Positions 41,420-50,774 of a stretch of 64,000 bases of DNA are shown piece by piece. The stretch lies in the NCBI GenBank assembly GCA_038140435.1, contig JAYQGE010000005.1, positions 2,250-66,249 on the forward strand, in the 5' to 3' direction. A program made the position numbers and the translations under genes. The stretch is from Rhodospirillaceae bacterium (GTDB lineage Bacteria > Pseudomonadota > Alphaproteobacteria > UBA6615). The notes beneath the pieces are model-generated. The model did no database searches, had not been told where the DNA came from, and saw only the letters and a list, made by a program, of their open reading frames with translations. Numbering within the stretch: position 1 is the stretch's first letter; every line of letters starts with the position of its first letter.

Positions 41420-42080
41420 CGACACCCATCTGCTCGATACGAAGCGGGCGCTGCTGGCAGCGATCCTGCCGCATGTGCCCTTCGACGGCTGGTCCGCGAA
41501 GTCCCTGCGCGCCGCCGCCGCGGATGCCGGGGTCGCGCCCGAGCTGACGAAACTCGCCTTCCCGGGTGGCGTCGCGGAGCTGATCGCCTTCTGGAGCGGG
41601 GAGGCGGACCGGGCCATGGTCGCCGCCTACGAGGAGGCGGACGGGGACGCGATGCGCTTCCGCGAGCGGATCACCTTTCTGGTGCGCGCCCGGATTGACG
41701 CGGTCGGCGACCATCGCGAGGCGGTGCGCCGCGCGCTCACCTATCTGGCGCAGCCCCAGCATGGCGGCAAGGGCCTCGCCTGCCTGTACCGGACCGTGGA
41801 CGAGATGTGGTATGCGGCCGGCGACCGCGCCACGGACTTCAACTTCTATACGAAGCGCCTGACCCTCGCGGGCGTCTATTCCGCGACCCTGCTGTTCTGG
41901 CTCGATGATGGGTCCGAGGACGGTGTCGCAACCCGGGCGTTCCTCGACCGGCGCATCGCCGGGGTGATGCGCATTCCCCAGCGGCGCGAGAAGCTGCGCC
42001 GCGCGACCGGGTTCCTGCCGAACCCGCAGCGCTTCGCGCGCCTCGTCTCGGATCGCCTGCGCGAGCGCGGGGTCGGCTGA
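41409..42080 (+). CDS. COQ9 family ubiquinone biosynthesis protein
   Basis: HVPFDGWS, VDEMWYAAGDRATDFNFYTKR, FLDRRI. Confidence 0.9.
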   Translation: MTADDTHLLDTKRALLAAILPHVPFDGWSAKSLRAAAADAGVAPELTKLAFPGGVAELIAFWSGEADRAMVAAYEEADGDAMRFRERITFLVRARIDAVGDHREAVRRALTYLAQPQHGGKGLACLYRTVDEMWYAAGDRATDFNFYTKRLTLAGVYSATLLFWLDDGSEDGVATRAFLDRRIAGVMRIPQRREKLRRATGFLPNPQRFARLVSDRLRERGVG

Positions 42081-42183
42081 TTCGCGTATATCCGCTTGCG
42101 AACCGGGCGAACGCGCTTTCCCGCGACTGACGGCGCCTGACGTCCAGCCAACACCCGGGCACTCGTTCCCGAACGCGTTTGCG

Positions 42184-43401
42184 TTACCTGGCTGCCTGCA
42201 GCCGCGTCACTGGCCGGTCGTTGATCGCCATGTGTATCGCGGCCGAAATGAATCCGAGCGCGATCGCGATCCACCAGATGGTTTCGTAGGAGCCGGTCGC
42301 GTCGAATACGCGCCCGCCGAGCCAGACGCCGAGGAAGGCACCGATCTGGTGGCTGAGGAAGACGATTCCGAACAGGGTCGCCATATAGCGGGTGCCGAAT
42401 ATCTGCGCGACGAGGCCGCTCGTGAGCGGCACCGTCCCGAGCCAGAGAAAACCGATGGCCGCCGCGAATATCATCACGCCGGCGGTGCTGGGAGGCGTGA
42501 CGACGAATGCGAGGATCGCCACAGAACGCATCGTGTAGAGGCCGGAAAGCAGGTGCTTCTTGCGGTAGCGGCCGCCGAGCCAGCCGAATCCCCACGAGCC
42601 GATGCCGTTGCACACGGCGATGACGACCAGCGCCGTCGCCGCCAGCTGGGGCGTGAAGGCGAGATCACCGAGATAGGCCGGCAGGTGGACGGCGATAAAA
42701 CGGACGTGGAATCCGCAGACGAAGAACCCGACAATCAGGAGAATATAGCCGGAATTACTTCGTGCCTCGACGAGCGCTTCACCGAGTTTCTGCGTCGAGG
42801 GTGCTTCTGCGCTGGTGCTGCTCGTCTGGCGGATGGCCAATGCCAGCGGCACGATGAGGCTGACGATGCAGGCCACTGCGACCAGTGCGACAGGCCACCC
42901 ATAGGCGGAGATCATCTGCTGGCTGAAGGGCACGATGAGGAACTGGCCGAGCGTGCCGCAGGCCGTCACGGTGCCGAGCCATACGCTGCGCCTCTCGGCG
43001 CTGACATTGCGGCTGACAATCGACAGGACCAGTGGCATGCCGGTCGCGGCGGCGGCGATGCCGACCAGTAATCCGGCGTTCAGGAACATCGTGACCGGCG
43101 TGACCGATTGCGACATCAGCACCAGGCCGACGACGTATAAAAGCCCGCCCGCCCCCAGCACGCGGGGTGCGCCCCATTTATCGGCGATCGCCGCGACGAA
43201 GGGCGTGGTCAGGCCGATGATGAGCGCCTGGCCGGCGAGGGCCAGCGACAGAATCTCGCGTCCCCATCCCTGTTCGACACTGATCGGCAGCATGTACAGC
43301 CCGAACGTCTGTTGGATGCCGGCGGAAATGACGATGACGGCCAGTGCGCTGACGAGAATGATCCAGGTTTGGCGGCCCCTCACGGCGGCGCGGCCAGGCA
43401 T
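42184..43401 (-). CDS. MFS transporter
   Basis: AIADKWGAPR, GFFVCGFH, WLGTVPLT, SHQIGAFLG. Confidence 0.9.
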   Translation of the reverse strand: MPGRAAVRGRQTWIILVSALAVIVISAGIQQTFGLYMLPISVEQGWGREILSLALAGQALIIGLTTPFVAAIADKWGAPRVLGAGGLLYVVGLVLMSQSVTPVTMFLNAGLLVGIAAAATGMPLVLSIVSRNVSAERRSVWLGTVTACGTLGQFLIVPFSQQMISAYGWPVALVAVACIVSLIVPLALAIRQTSSTSAEAPSTQKLGEALVEARSNSGYILLIVGFFVCGFHVRFIAVHLPAYLGDLAFTPQLAATALVVIAVCNGIGSWGFGWLGGRYRKKHLLSGLYTMRSVAILAFVVTPPSTAGVMIFAAAIGFLWLGTVPLTSGLVAQIFGTRYMATLFGIVFLSHQIGAFLGVWLGGRVFDATGSYETIWWIAIALGFISAAIHMAINDRPVTRLQAAR

Positions 43402-43459
43402 TACGGCATTCTCGTTTGTGGGTGCGCACGCCAGCGTCTGTCGGAAGAGTAATTTGTGC

Positions 43460-44569
43460 TCATCCGCTGAACGCTGCCCCCAGCCGGGTCACATGGCCCA
43501 TCTTGCGGCCCGCGCGGGTCTCGGTCTTGCCGTAGAGGTGAAGCCGCGCGCGGGGATCGTCGATCTCGTCGCGCCAGGTCTCGACCTCGTCGCCGATCAG
43601 GTTCTTCATCACCGCATCGCAGCGCCGGGTCGGGTCGCCGAGCGGCAGACCGCAGATGGCGCGCACGAGCTGCTCGTACTGGCTGGTGCGGCCGGCATCG
43701 ATGCTCCAGTGCCCGGAATTATGGGGGCGTGGCGCCACCTCGTTTACCAGCACCTCGCCTTCGGCCGTGACGAACATTTCGACCGCCAGCAGGCCGACCA
43801 CGTCGAGCCCCGCGCACAGCCGGACAGCGATGTCGCGCGCCGCGTCAGCCGTCGCGTCCGGGATCGGGGCCGGCACGATGGTCTCGTCCAGGATGTGGTT
43901 CCGGTGCCGGTTCTCGACCGGGACGAACGCTGCCGTTTCTCCGGCTTCGGTCCGCGCGACGATCACCGAGATCTCGAGTTCGAAATCGACGAACCCCTCG
44001 AGGATGCCGCCGTCGGTGTCGGGGCCGGCGCCACTGTCGGCCCAGGCCTGCGCCGGGTCCGTGCCTTCGTCGATCCCGACCTGTCCCTTGCCGTCATAGC
44101 CGAAGCGCACGGTCTTCAGGACGGACGGCGTGCCGATCTCCGCGATCGCCGCCGCCAGCTCGTCCGCGCTGCCCACCGCGCGGAACGGCGCGGTCGCGAT
44201 GCCGAGCTCGTTGGCAAACGTCTTCTCGCGCAGCCGGTTCTGTGCCACGGCCTGCACGGCGGGCGACGGGTGGACGGGCGTGCGTGCGGCGATGCGTTCC
44301 AGGGTCGCGATGGGGACGTTCTCGAACTCGAGCGTGGCCACGTCGATCCGCGCGGCGAAGGCGTCGAGCGCGTCGGTGTCGTCGAACGGCGCGAGCGTCG
44401 TCGCGGCGGCGACCTGCGCCGCGGGCTCGTCGGCGCTCTGGCAGAAGACATGGCAGCGATAGCCGAGGTTGGCCGCCGCAAGTGCGGTCATGCGGCCGAG
44501 CTGGCCGCCGCCGAGGATGCCGATCGTGGCGCCCGGCGCGATCACCGTGTTGCCGTCGTTGTCCGGCAT
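43460..44569 (-). CDS. purK: N5-carboxyaminoimidazole ribonucleotide synthase
   Basis: GILGGGQLGRM, EFENVP, GYDGKGQ, NEVAPRPHNSGH, GRKMGH. Confidence 0.96.
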   Translation of the reverse strand: MPDNDGNTVIAPGATIGILGGGQLGRMTALAAANLGYRCHVFCQSADEPAAQVAAATTLAPFDDTDALDAFAARIDVATLEFENVPIATLERIAARTPVHPSPAVQAVAQNRLREKTFANELGIATAPFRAVGSADELAAAIAEIGTPSVLKTVRFGYDGKGQVGIDEGTDPAQAWADSGAGPDTDGGILEGFVDFELEISVIVARTEAGETAAFVPVENRHRNHILDETIVPAPIPDATADAARDIAVRLCAGLDVVGLLAVEMFVTAEGEVLVNEVAPRPHNSGHWSIDAGRTSQYEQLVRAICGLPLGDPTRRCDAVMKNLIGDEVETWRDEIDDPRARLHLYGKTETRAGRKMGHVTRLGAAFSG

Positions 44570-44574
44570 CGGGC

Positions 44575-45069
44575 TCAGGCGTCGTCGGTCGGGGCGTCGG
44601 CCACCGCGTCGGTCTGGTTCGCCCGCCACGCGTCGAGCGCGTCGGCCACGGCCAAGTCCTCCAGCGCGACGACCGATGCCGCCAGCAGCGCGGCGTTCAC
44701 CGCGCCGGCGCGGCCGATGGCGAGCGTGCCGACGGGCACCCCGGCGGGCATCTGGACGATGGACAGCAGGCTGTCCATGCCGGACAGCGCCTTGCTCTCG
44801 ACCGGCACGCCGAACACCGGCAGGCTGGTCATCGAAGCGGTCATGCCGGGAAGATGCGCCGCGCCGCCGGCGCCGGCGATGATGACCTTCAGGCCCCGCC
44901 CGCGCGCCTGCTTGGCATAGTCGGACATTCGGTCAGGGGTGCGGTGGGCGGACACGATCCGCACCTCGTGCGCGACCCCGAGCGCATCCAGCGTCTCCGC
45001 GGCGTTGCGCATGGTCTCCCAGTCGGACTGGCTGCCCATGATGATCCCGACAAGCGGCGCGTCTGCCAT
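44575..45069 (-). CDS. purE: N5-carboxyaminoimidazole ribonucleotide mutase
   Basis: [31 protein letters not shown]. Confidence 0.97.
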   Translation of the reverse strand: MADAPLVGIIMGSQSDWETMRNAAETLDALGVAHEVRIVSAHRTPDRMSDYAKQARGRGLKVIIAGAGGAAHLPGMTASMTSLPVFGVPVESKALSGMDSLLSIVQMPAGVPVGTLAIGRAGAVNAALLAASVVALEDLAVADALDAWRANQTDAVADAPTDDA

Positions 45070-45275
45070 CGCTAGCTCCCTCGGGCCTGCCCAGCCCGGA
45101 AAAGCGCGGATTATAGGTGTGCGGCCCGACGTGGCAAGCGCGACCGACGGCATTTGCCGGGATTCCTGCCACGCTGCAAAGATTTGTTAACCACTTTCGG
45201 AATAGGTTCGGGCAGCGTATTTATGTGGCAATCCAATTGTTTGCCCGATTCTGGTGTCTCCCCGACGGGGTTTGG

Positions 45276-46022
45276 ATGAAGATCGAACGCACACAGACCG
45301 GCCGGACGAGCGCGGCGACGCCTGTCCGCGCGACTGAACAGGCCGCACAGGCATACGGTGCCACGGGTGCCGGCCAGGCCAGCGGTCCGCCGCCCGCCGG
45401 CGACGTCGCGACGATCGCGGGCCTGACGGAGGCCGATCTGACGCCGAAGGTGCGCCAGGCCCTCGACCTGCTGATGACCGAAGTCCAGCGGATGCGCGAG
45501 GAGCTGAGCCAGGCGCGCAACCGGATCAACTATCTCGAGAAACTCGCCGACGAGGACACGCTCGTCCCCGTGGCCAACCGCCGTGCCTTCGTGCGTGAGA
45601 TGAGCCGAATGGTGGCCGATGCCGAGCGCTACGGCGCCGGTTCGAGCGTGCTGTATTTCGATATCAACGGTTTCAAGGAAATCAACGACCGCCACGGCCA
45701 TGCCGCCGGCGATGCGGCGCTGCGCCAGATCGCGGAGCTGCTGGCCGATAATGTGCGTGAGTCCGACATTGTCGGCCGCCTCGGCGGCGACGAGTTCGAC
45801 GTGATCCTGGCCCAGGCCGGCCCAGAGATCGCGGCGGAGAAGGCGGCGTCCCTTTCGGCGCTGATTGCCGCGACGCCGCTGGACTGGGAGGGCACCGCCG
45901 TGTCCCTGTCCGTGTCCTACGGCGTCTATTCCTTCACGGGAACCGAGGATGCCGGCGAGGCGCTGCAGCGCGCGGACCAGGCGATGTACGAGCAGAAGCA
46001 GAGCCGCGCCGCCGGCGATTGA
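45276..46022 (+). CDS. Diguanylate cyclase (GGDEF) with N-terminal coiled coil
   Basis: D-x-L...NRR, DINGFKEINDRHGH, RESD I-site, RLGGDEF, ADQAMY. Confidence 0.92.
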   Translation: MKIERTQTGRTSAATPVRATEQAAQAYGATGAGQASGPPPAGDVATIAGLTEADLTPKVRQALDLLMTEVQRMREELSQARNRINYLEKLADEDTLVPVANRRAFVREMSRMVADAERYGAGSSVLYFDINGFKEINDRHGHAAGDAALRQIAELLADNVRESDIVGRLGGDEFDVILAQAGPEIAAEKAASLSALIAATPLDWEGTAVSLSVSYGVYSFTGTEDAGEALQRADQAMYEQKQSRAAGD

Positions 46023-46048
46023 ACGGCGCGCCGTCCGCGCGCCATCCT

Positions 46049-46276
46049 TCAGGCGATGATGTCGGGCAGGAGCTCGGCCTCGAGCTGAAGGATTTCATCC
46101 TTCAGACCCAGCTTCCGTTTCTTGAGCACCTGCACCTGCAACTGGTCGAACGGCTGTGACTCCGAGATGCGCGCGATCACGTCGTCGAGGTCGCGATGCT
46201 CCGAACGCAGTTCGTTGAGGCGTGCTGCAGGGCCTCCTGGCCCGGCTCCGATGTGTGGTCGTCCGACAAGCTTCAT
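46049..46276 (-). CDS. DUF465/YdcH family protein (5' end possibly frameshifted)
   Basis: RLNELRSEHRDLDDVI...LKKRKLGLKDEI...LLPDIIA. Confidence 0.8.
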   Translation of the reverse strand: MKLVGRPHIGAGPGGPAARLNELRSEHRDLDDVIARISESQPFDQLQVQVLKKRKLGLKDEILQLEAELLPDIIA

Positions 46277-46424
46277 CCCGTTCCGGCTGGTGTCGTTGCC
46301 CCAGTATAGCAGCCCCCTGTGGACCGCAGCGCGGCATCGACCCTTTCCATGCCGTGGTGAATCGTCCTAGCATTCGAGGGTTACAAATCGGATGAGTCGC
46401 AGCCCAGACAAGGAGACATGTCAC

Positions 46425-46592
46425 GTGTCCACGGATGCCAGGATTGAGAACCTCAAGCGCAAACACGCCACTCTGGATCAGGAACTTGGAGGCGAAGAGC
46501 AGCGCCCCAATCCGGATCAGGCCGTGATCACCGAGTTGAAGCGCGAAAAGCTCAAGCTGAAGGACGCGATCGTCAGCCTCGAAGAGGCCTGA
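46425..46592 (+). CDS. DUF465/YdcH family protein
   Basis: RIENLKRKHATLD...RPNPD...LKREKLKLKD; AAGGAG then GTG. Confidence 0.85.
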   Translation: MSTDARIENLKRKHATLDQELGGEEQRPNPDQAVITELKREKLKLKDAIVSLEEA

Positions 46593-46616
46593 ACGGGCCT
46601 CGGTCGGACAGAACGG

Positions 46617-46643
46617 AAAAGGCGGCCCCCGGGCCGCCTTTTT
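46617..46643. terminator. Bidirectional intrinsic terminator
   Basis: aaaaggcggccc-cc-gggccgccttttt between convergent genes. Confidence 0.8.
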
Positions 46644-46667
46644 GCATTTCCGGGCGGGACTTACCGC

Positions 46668-48305
46668 CTACTGGGCGGCGCTCGCCAGCTCGTTGGCCTG
46701 GTCCCGGAGCTTGAACTTCTGGATCTTGCCGGTGGACGTCTTGGGCAGGGGACCGAAGACGATGTGCCGGGGGCACTTGAAGTGGGCGAGATTGTCCCGG
46801 CAATGCTGGATCATGTCGTCCTCGCTCGCTTCCACGCCGGGCTTGAGCTCGATGAACGCGCAGGGCGTTTCACCCCATTTCTCGTCCGGCCAGGCGACCA
46901 CACCCACCGCGGCGACCGCCGGATGCTTGTACAGCGCGTCCTCGACCTCGATCGAGGAGATGTTCTCGCCGCCCGAAATGATGATGTCCTTCGACCGGTC
47001 CTTGAGCTCGATATAGCCGTCGGCATGCCAGACACCGAGGTCGCCCGTGTGGAACCAGCCGCCGGCGAAGGCCTCGTCGGTCGCCTTCGGGTTCTTGAGA
47101 TACCCCTTCATGGTCACGTTGCCGCGGGTGAAGACCTCGCCCATGGACTCGCCGTCCTGCGCGACGGGCTCCATGGTCTCGGGGTCCGCGACCATCATGT
47201 CCTCGAGGACCTCGTAGGGCACGCCCTGGCGCGACTGCAGTCGCGCGCGCTCGTCGAGGGGAAGATCGTCCCACTCGTCCTGCCAGGCGCAGATGATCGC
47301 CGGGCCGTAGATTTCCGTCAGCCCGTACACATGGGTCACGGTGATGCCTTCCTCGGCCATCGCCGCGAGGACGGCGGCGGGCGGCGGCGCCGCGGCGGTC
47401 ATGAACTCGATCTGCTGGTCGAACGGCCGCCGTTCCTCCGCCGTCGCGTTGACCACCATCTGCATCACGATGGGCGCGCCGCACAGATGGGTGATGCCCT
47501 TGGTCTCGAAGGATTCGTAGATCGACGCGGAGTTCACGTTGCGCAGGCAGACATTGGTGCCGGCGACGGCGGTGACGCCCCAGGTGAAGCACCAGCCGTT
47601 GCAGTGGAACATCGGCAGGGTCCAGAGATAGACCGGACCGCCGGTCGCGCCCCAGGTAAAGACGTTGCCGATCGCGTTCAGATAGGCGCCGCGATGATGG
47701 AACACCACGCCCTTGGGGTTGCCCGTGGTGCCCGAGGTGTAGTTGAGGGCGATCGCGTTCCACTCGTCGGCGGGCAGGGACCATTCGAATTCGGGATCGC
47801 CGGTCGCGATAAAGGCCTCATAGTCCATCTCGCCGAGTTTCTCGCCGCCCGGTCCCTCGGGATCGTCGATGTCGATCACGATCGGGTCGACCTCCGCCAG
47901 CGCGAGCGCCTCCTTGATGACGGGTGCGAACTCGGTGTCCGTCAGGATCACCTTGGCCTCGCCATGGTCGAGGATGAAGGCGATGGCCTTGGCGTCGAGG
48001 CGATAGTTCAGCGCGTTGATCACGCCCCGGGTCATGGGCACCCCGAAATGCGCCTCGAGCATGGGCGGCGTGTTGGGCGACATGATCGCGACGCAGTCGC
48101 CCGCGCCGATGCCGCGCTGGCTGAGCGCCGAGGCGAGCCGGCGGCAGCGCGCGTAGAACTCGCGGTAGGTGAAACTGGTCTCGCCGTGAACGACGGCCGC
48201 CCGGTCCGGATAGACGGTCGCGGAACGCCGGATGAAGCTCAGCGGCGACAGCGACGTGTAGTTCGCCGCGTTCTTGTCCATGCCGGTTTCGAAATGATTG
48301 GCCAT
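46668..48305 (-). CDS. Acyl-CoA synthetase (AMP-forming)
   Basis: NYTSGTTGNPKG, LPMFHCNGW, YGLTE, WFHTGDLG, DIIISGGEN, PKTSTGKIQK. Confidence 0.93.
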   Translation of the reverse strand: MANHFETGMDKNAANYTSLSPLSFIRRSATVYPDRAAVVHGETSFTYREFYARCRRLASALSQRGIGAGDCVAIMSPNTPPMLEAHFGVPMTRGVINALNYRLDAKAIAFILDHGEAKVILTDTEFAPVIKEALALAEVDPIVIDIDDPEGPGGEKLGEMDYEAFIATGDPEFEWSLPADEWNAIALNYTSGTTGNPKGVVFHHRGAYLNAIGNVFTWGATGGPVYLWTLPMFHCNGWCFTWGVTAVAGTNVCLRNVNSASIYESFETKGITHLCGAPIVMQMVVNATAEERRPFDQQIEFMTAAAPPPAAVLAAMAEEGITVTHVYGLTEIYGPAIICAWQDEWDDLPLDERARLQSRQGVPYEVLEDMMVADPETMEPVAQDGESMGEVFTRGNVTMKGYLKNPKATDEAFAGGWFHTGDLGVWHADGYIELKDRSKDIIISGGENISSIEVEDALYKHPAVAAVGVVAWPDEKWGETPCAFIELKPGVEASEDDMIQHCRDNLAHFKCPRHIVFGPLPKTSTGKIQKFKLRDQANELASAAQ

Positions 48306-48347
48306 GTTTTCCTCCCGGCGCCCGTTGCCGGCGCCGAACCCTGTTTT

Positions 48348-48373
48348 CCTAGCTCTTGAACCTAGCTTTTGAA
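48348..48373. repeat. 13-bp tandem duplication of the DUF1192 gene end
   Basis: cctagctcttgaa / cctagcttttgaa. Confidence 0.8.
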
Positions 48374-48559
48374 CAATGCGTCCGCGTCGCCGCGCAGCGC
48401 CTCGCGGCCGGCAATCTCGGCCTCGGCGCGCGCGATCTCGCTCTTCGCATGCTCGATATAGGCCTTGAGTTCCTCGACCGACAGGCTTTCGACGTTCATT
48501 TCGTCAAAACCGGCCTTGTGGCCCTGAAATGTCGGTTCCAGATCGTCATCCAGGCTCAT
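48362..48559 (-). CDS. DUF1192 family protein
   Basis: LSVEEL..YI....EIARAE......ADALFK pattern; GGGGAG RBS. Confidence 0.8.
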   Translation of the reverse strand: MSLDDDLEPTFQGHKAGFDEMNVESLSVEELKAYIEHAKSEIARAEAEIAGREALRGDADALFKS

Positions 48560-48678
48560 CGTCTACTCCCCGCCGCCTCGCGTGGCCGCATGCGGCATGT
48601 CGTTGTGCATCGAGTTTGACGCGCCTAGATTGCGCCCGCAACCATCAGAAAGACTGAGACCCCGGATCGGAGAGGACC

Positions 48679-49692
48679 ATGGCGTTACCGGCAACGATGC
48701 GCGCAATCGAGATTTCGGAGCCCGGCGGACCGGAAGTGCTGGTGCCGACGGAGCGTCCTGTGCCCGAACCGGGCGCGGGCGATGTCCTGATCCGGGTGGT
48801 GGCCGCCGGCGTGAACCGTCCCGACGTGGCGCAGCGCAAGGGCCTGTATCCCGCGCCGCCGGGCGCGTCCGACCTGCCGGGCCTCGAGGTCGCGGGCGAG
48901 ATCGTCGCCGTGGGCGACAGCGCCGGCGAATGGAAGCCGGGGGACGCGGTCTGTGCGCTCGTCTCCGGCGGCGGCTATGCCGAGTATGTCGCGGTGCCGG
49001 GAACCCAGACCCTGCCGGTGCCCGACGGCCTCGACATGGTGCAGGCCGCGGGCGTGCCGGAGACCTTCTTTACCGTCTGGACCAACGTCTTCGATCGCGG
49101 CCGGTTCACGGCCGGCGAGCGCTTCCTGGTGCATGGCGGGTCGAGCGGCATCGGTACGACCGCGATCCAGCTCTGCAAGGCGTTTGGCGCGGAAGCGATC
49201 TACACCACGGTCGGCACGGCGGAGAAGGCGGCCTTCTGCGAGACCCTCGGGGCGACCCGCGCCATCAACTACAAGGAAGAGGCGTTCGAGGAAGTGATCG
49301 CGGCGCTGACGGCGGACATGGACGGCGGCCTCGGCGTCGATGTCATCCTCGACATGGTCGGCGGCGACTACACGCCCCGGAACATCTCCGCGCTCCGGCG
49401 CGACGGGCGCATCGTGCAGATCGCACTGATGGGCGGGGCCAAAACCGAGATCAATCTTGCGAAGATCATGATGAACCGCATGACGCTGACCGGTTCGACG
49501 CTCAGGCCCCAGTCCGTCGCCGCGAAGGCCGCCATCGCCGCCGCGCTGCGCGAAAAGGCTTGGCCCCTGTTCGCGTCGGGCGAGCTGGCCCCGGTCATTC
49601 ACGCGACCTTCCCCATGGACGAGGCGCCTGCTGCCCATGCGCTCATGGAAACCAGCACCCATATCGGCAAGATCATTCTCGAAATGTCGTAG
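48679..49692 (+). CDS. NAD(P)H:quinone oxidoreductase (PIG3 family)
   Basis: AGVNRPD, PGLEVAG, PETFFTVW, HGGSSGIG, GSTLR. Confidence 0.92.
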   Translation: MALPATMRAIEISEPGGPEVLVPTERPVPEPGAGDVLIRVVAAGVNRPDVAQRKGLYPAPPGASDLPGLEVAGEIVAVGDSAGEWKPGDAVCALVSGGGYAEYVAVPGTQTLPVPDGLDMVQAAGVPETFFTVWTNVFDRGRFTAGERFLVHGGSSGIGTTAIQLCKAFGAEAIYTTVGTAEKAAFCETLGATRAINYKEEAFEEVIAALTADMDGGLGVDVILDMVGGDYTPRNISALRRDGRIVQIALMGGAKTEINLAKIMMNRMTLTGSTLRPQSVAAKAAIAAALREKAWPLFASGELAPVIHATFPMDEAPAAHALMETSTHIGKIILEMS

Positions 49693-49712
49693 GGGCGCGG
49701 TGCCGTTGCGCT

Positions 49713-49741
49713 TTGCATTTCGGCGGAACGCCGCATATATA
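49713..49741 (+). promoter_or_regulatory. Putative sigma70 promoter of the DUF1013 gene
   Basis: TTGCAT-N17-TATATA. Confidence 0.55.
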
Positions 49742-49820
49742 GGGGCCGAACCCCCACAGGGATGACGAATTTGGGCCGTATCGGCCGCGCGGGCGCGGAC
49801 GGCCGGCGAAAGGAGATTTC

Positions 49821-50474
49821 ATGGCACCTCCGTTGATGCCGAAGGCCACGGCGATCTGGCTGGTCGAGAACACCTCGCTGTCGTTTGCGCAGATCGCGGA
49901 CTTCACGGGCATGCACATGCTCGAGATCCAGGGCATCGCCGACGGCGAGGTCGGCGTGGGCATGCGCGGGCTCGACCCGGTCGCCAACGGTCAGCTCGAA
50001 TGGTCCGAGATCGAGCGCTGCCAGGCCGACCCGGCCGCGCGCCTCGTCCTCCAGGAATCCGACAACCCGGCGCCGGTCAAGCGCACCAAGGGCCCGCGCT
50101 ACGTCCCGGTGTCGAAGCGCCAGGACAAGCCCGACGGGATCGCCTACCTCGTGCGCTACTATCCCGAGCTCAGCGACGCGCAGATCGGCAAGCTGATCGG
50201 AACGACCAAGCCGACGATCACGGCGATCCGCGACCGGACCCACTGGAACTCCTCGCAGATCCAGCCGCGCGACCCGGTGACCATCGGTCTGTGCCGCCAG
50301 GTCGATCTCGACGAGGCGGTGGAGAAGGCCCGCAAGGCCGGCCGCCAGCCGGCCGCGGACGACCGCCGGCCGATCAGCGCCGACCTGATCCCCGAGGAAG
50401 AGCCGTCCCAGAGCCGCATCCCGGACTGGATGGCGGATGTACGCATCGGCGGGAACAACCAGGGCGACAATTAA
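49821..50474 (+). CDS. DUF1013 family protein (TrcR-like)
   Basis: PLMPKATAIWLVENT, KRQDKPD, LIGTTKPTI, RTHWN, DPV..GLC.Q. Confidence 0.92.
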   Translation: MAPPLMPKATAIWLVENTSLSFAQIADFTGMHMLEIQGIADGEVGVGMRGLDPVANGQLEWSEIERCQADPAARLVLQESDNPAPVKRTKGPRYVPVSKRQDKPDGIAYLVRYYPELSDAQIGKLIGTTKPTITAIRDRTHWNSSQIQPRDPVTIGLCRQVDLDEAVEKARKAGRQPAADDRRPISADLIPEEEPSQSRIPDWMADVRIGGNNQGDN

Positions 50475-50501
50475 GTCTCTGAAAATAAAACAGATTATCG
50501 G

Positions 50502-50530
50502 AACGGGCCTCGAATTCGGGGCCCGTTTTT
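50502..50530 (+). terminator. Intrinsic terminator after the DUF1013 gene
   Basis: aacgggcc...ggcccgtt followed by a T run. Confidence 0.75.
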
Positions 50531-50582
50531 CGTTTCGGGCGCGCGGTTAACCATTCTTAAGACTTTCCCGGCGAGACTGATC

Positions 50583-50692
50583 GTGATGGCTCCTCCCAAA
50601 GATCCATCGATTTTGGATCGACCCAGATCCTTTTTTGCCTCCCTGTTTGACTTCGAGCCGCTCCGGGCCCCCTTCCGGAGCGGTTTTCTTTT
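50583..50692 (+). ncRNA. Candidate sRNA, suhB/MmgR (alpha-r8)-like
   Basis: Two hairpins, anti-SD motifs CTCCTCCC and TTGCCTCCCTGTTTGACT, GC hairpin ccgctccgg/ccggagcgg plus T tail; non-coding gap; 5' end estimated. Confidence 0.6.
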
Positions 50693-50774
50693 GCGGATTT
50701 CGATCGTGCCGGTTCAAGCGCGGATCGCTTTGCGATAAATTCCGCGGCGATCCAGGCCGCCGGCGGACATTTCC

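Noticed and set aside
50547-50560. Full CtrA box
   Set aside because: Spacing is TTAA-N6-TTAA rather than N7; kept only as a half-site
50693-50774. SAM riboswitch upstream of metY
   Set aside because: Only a GGATCGC/GCGATCC stem; no SAM-II or SAM-SAH consensus recognised
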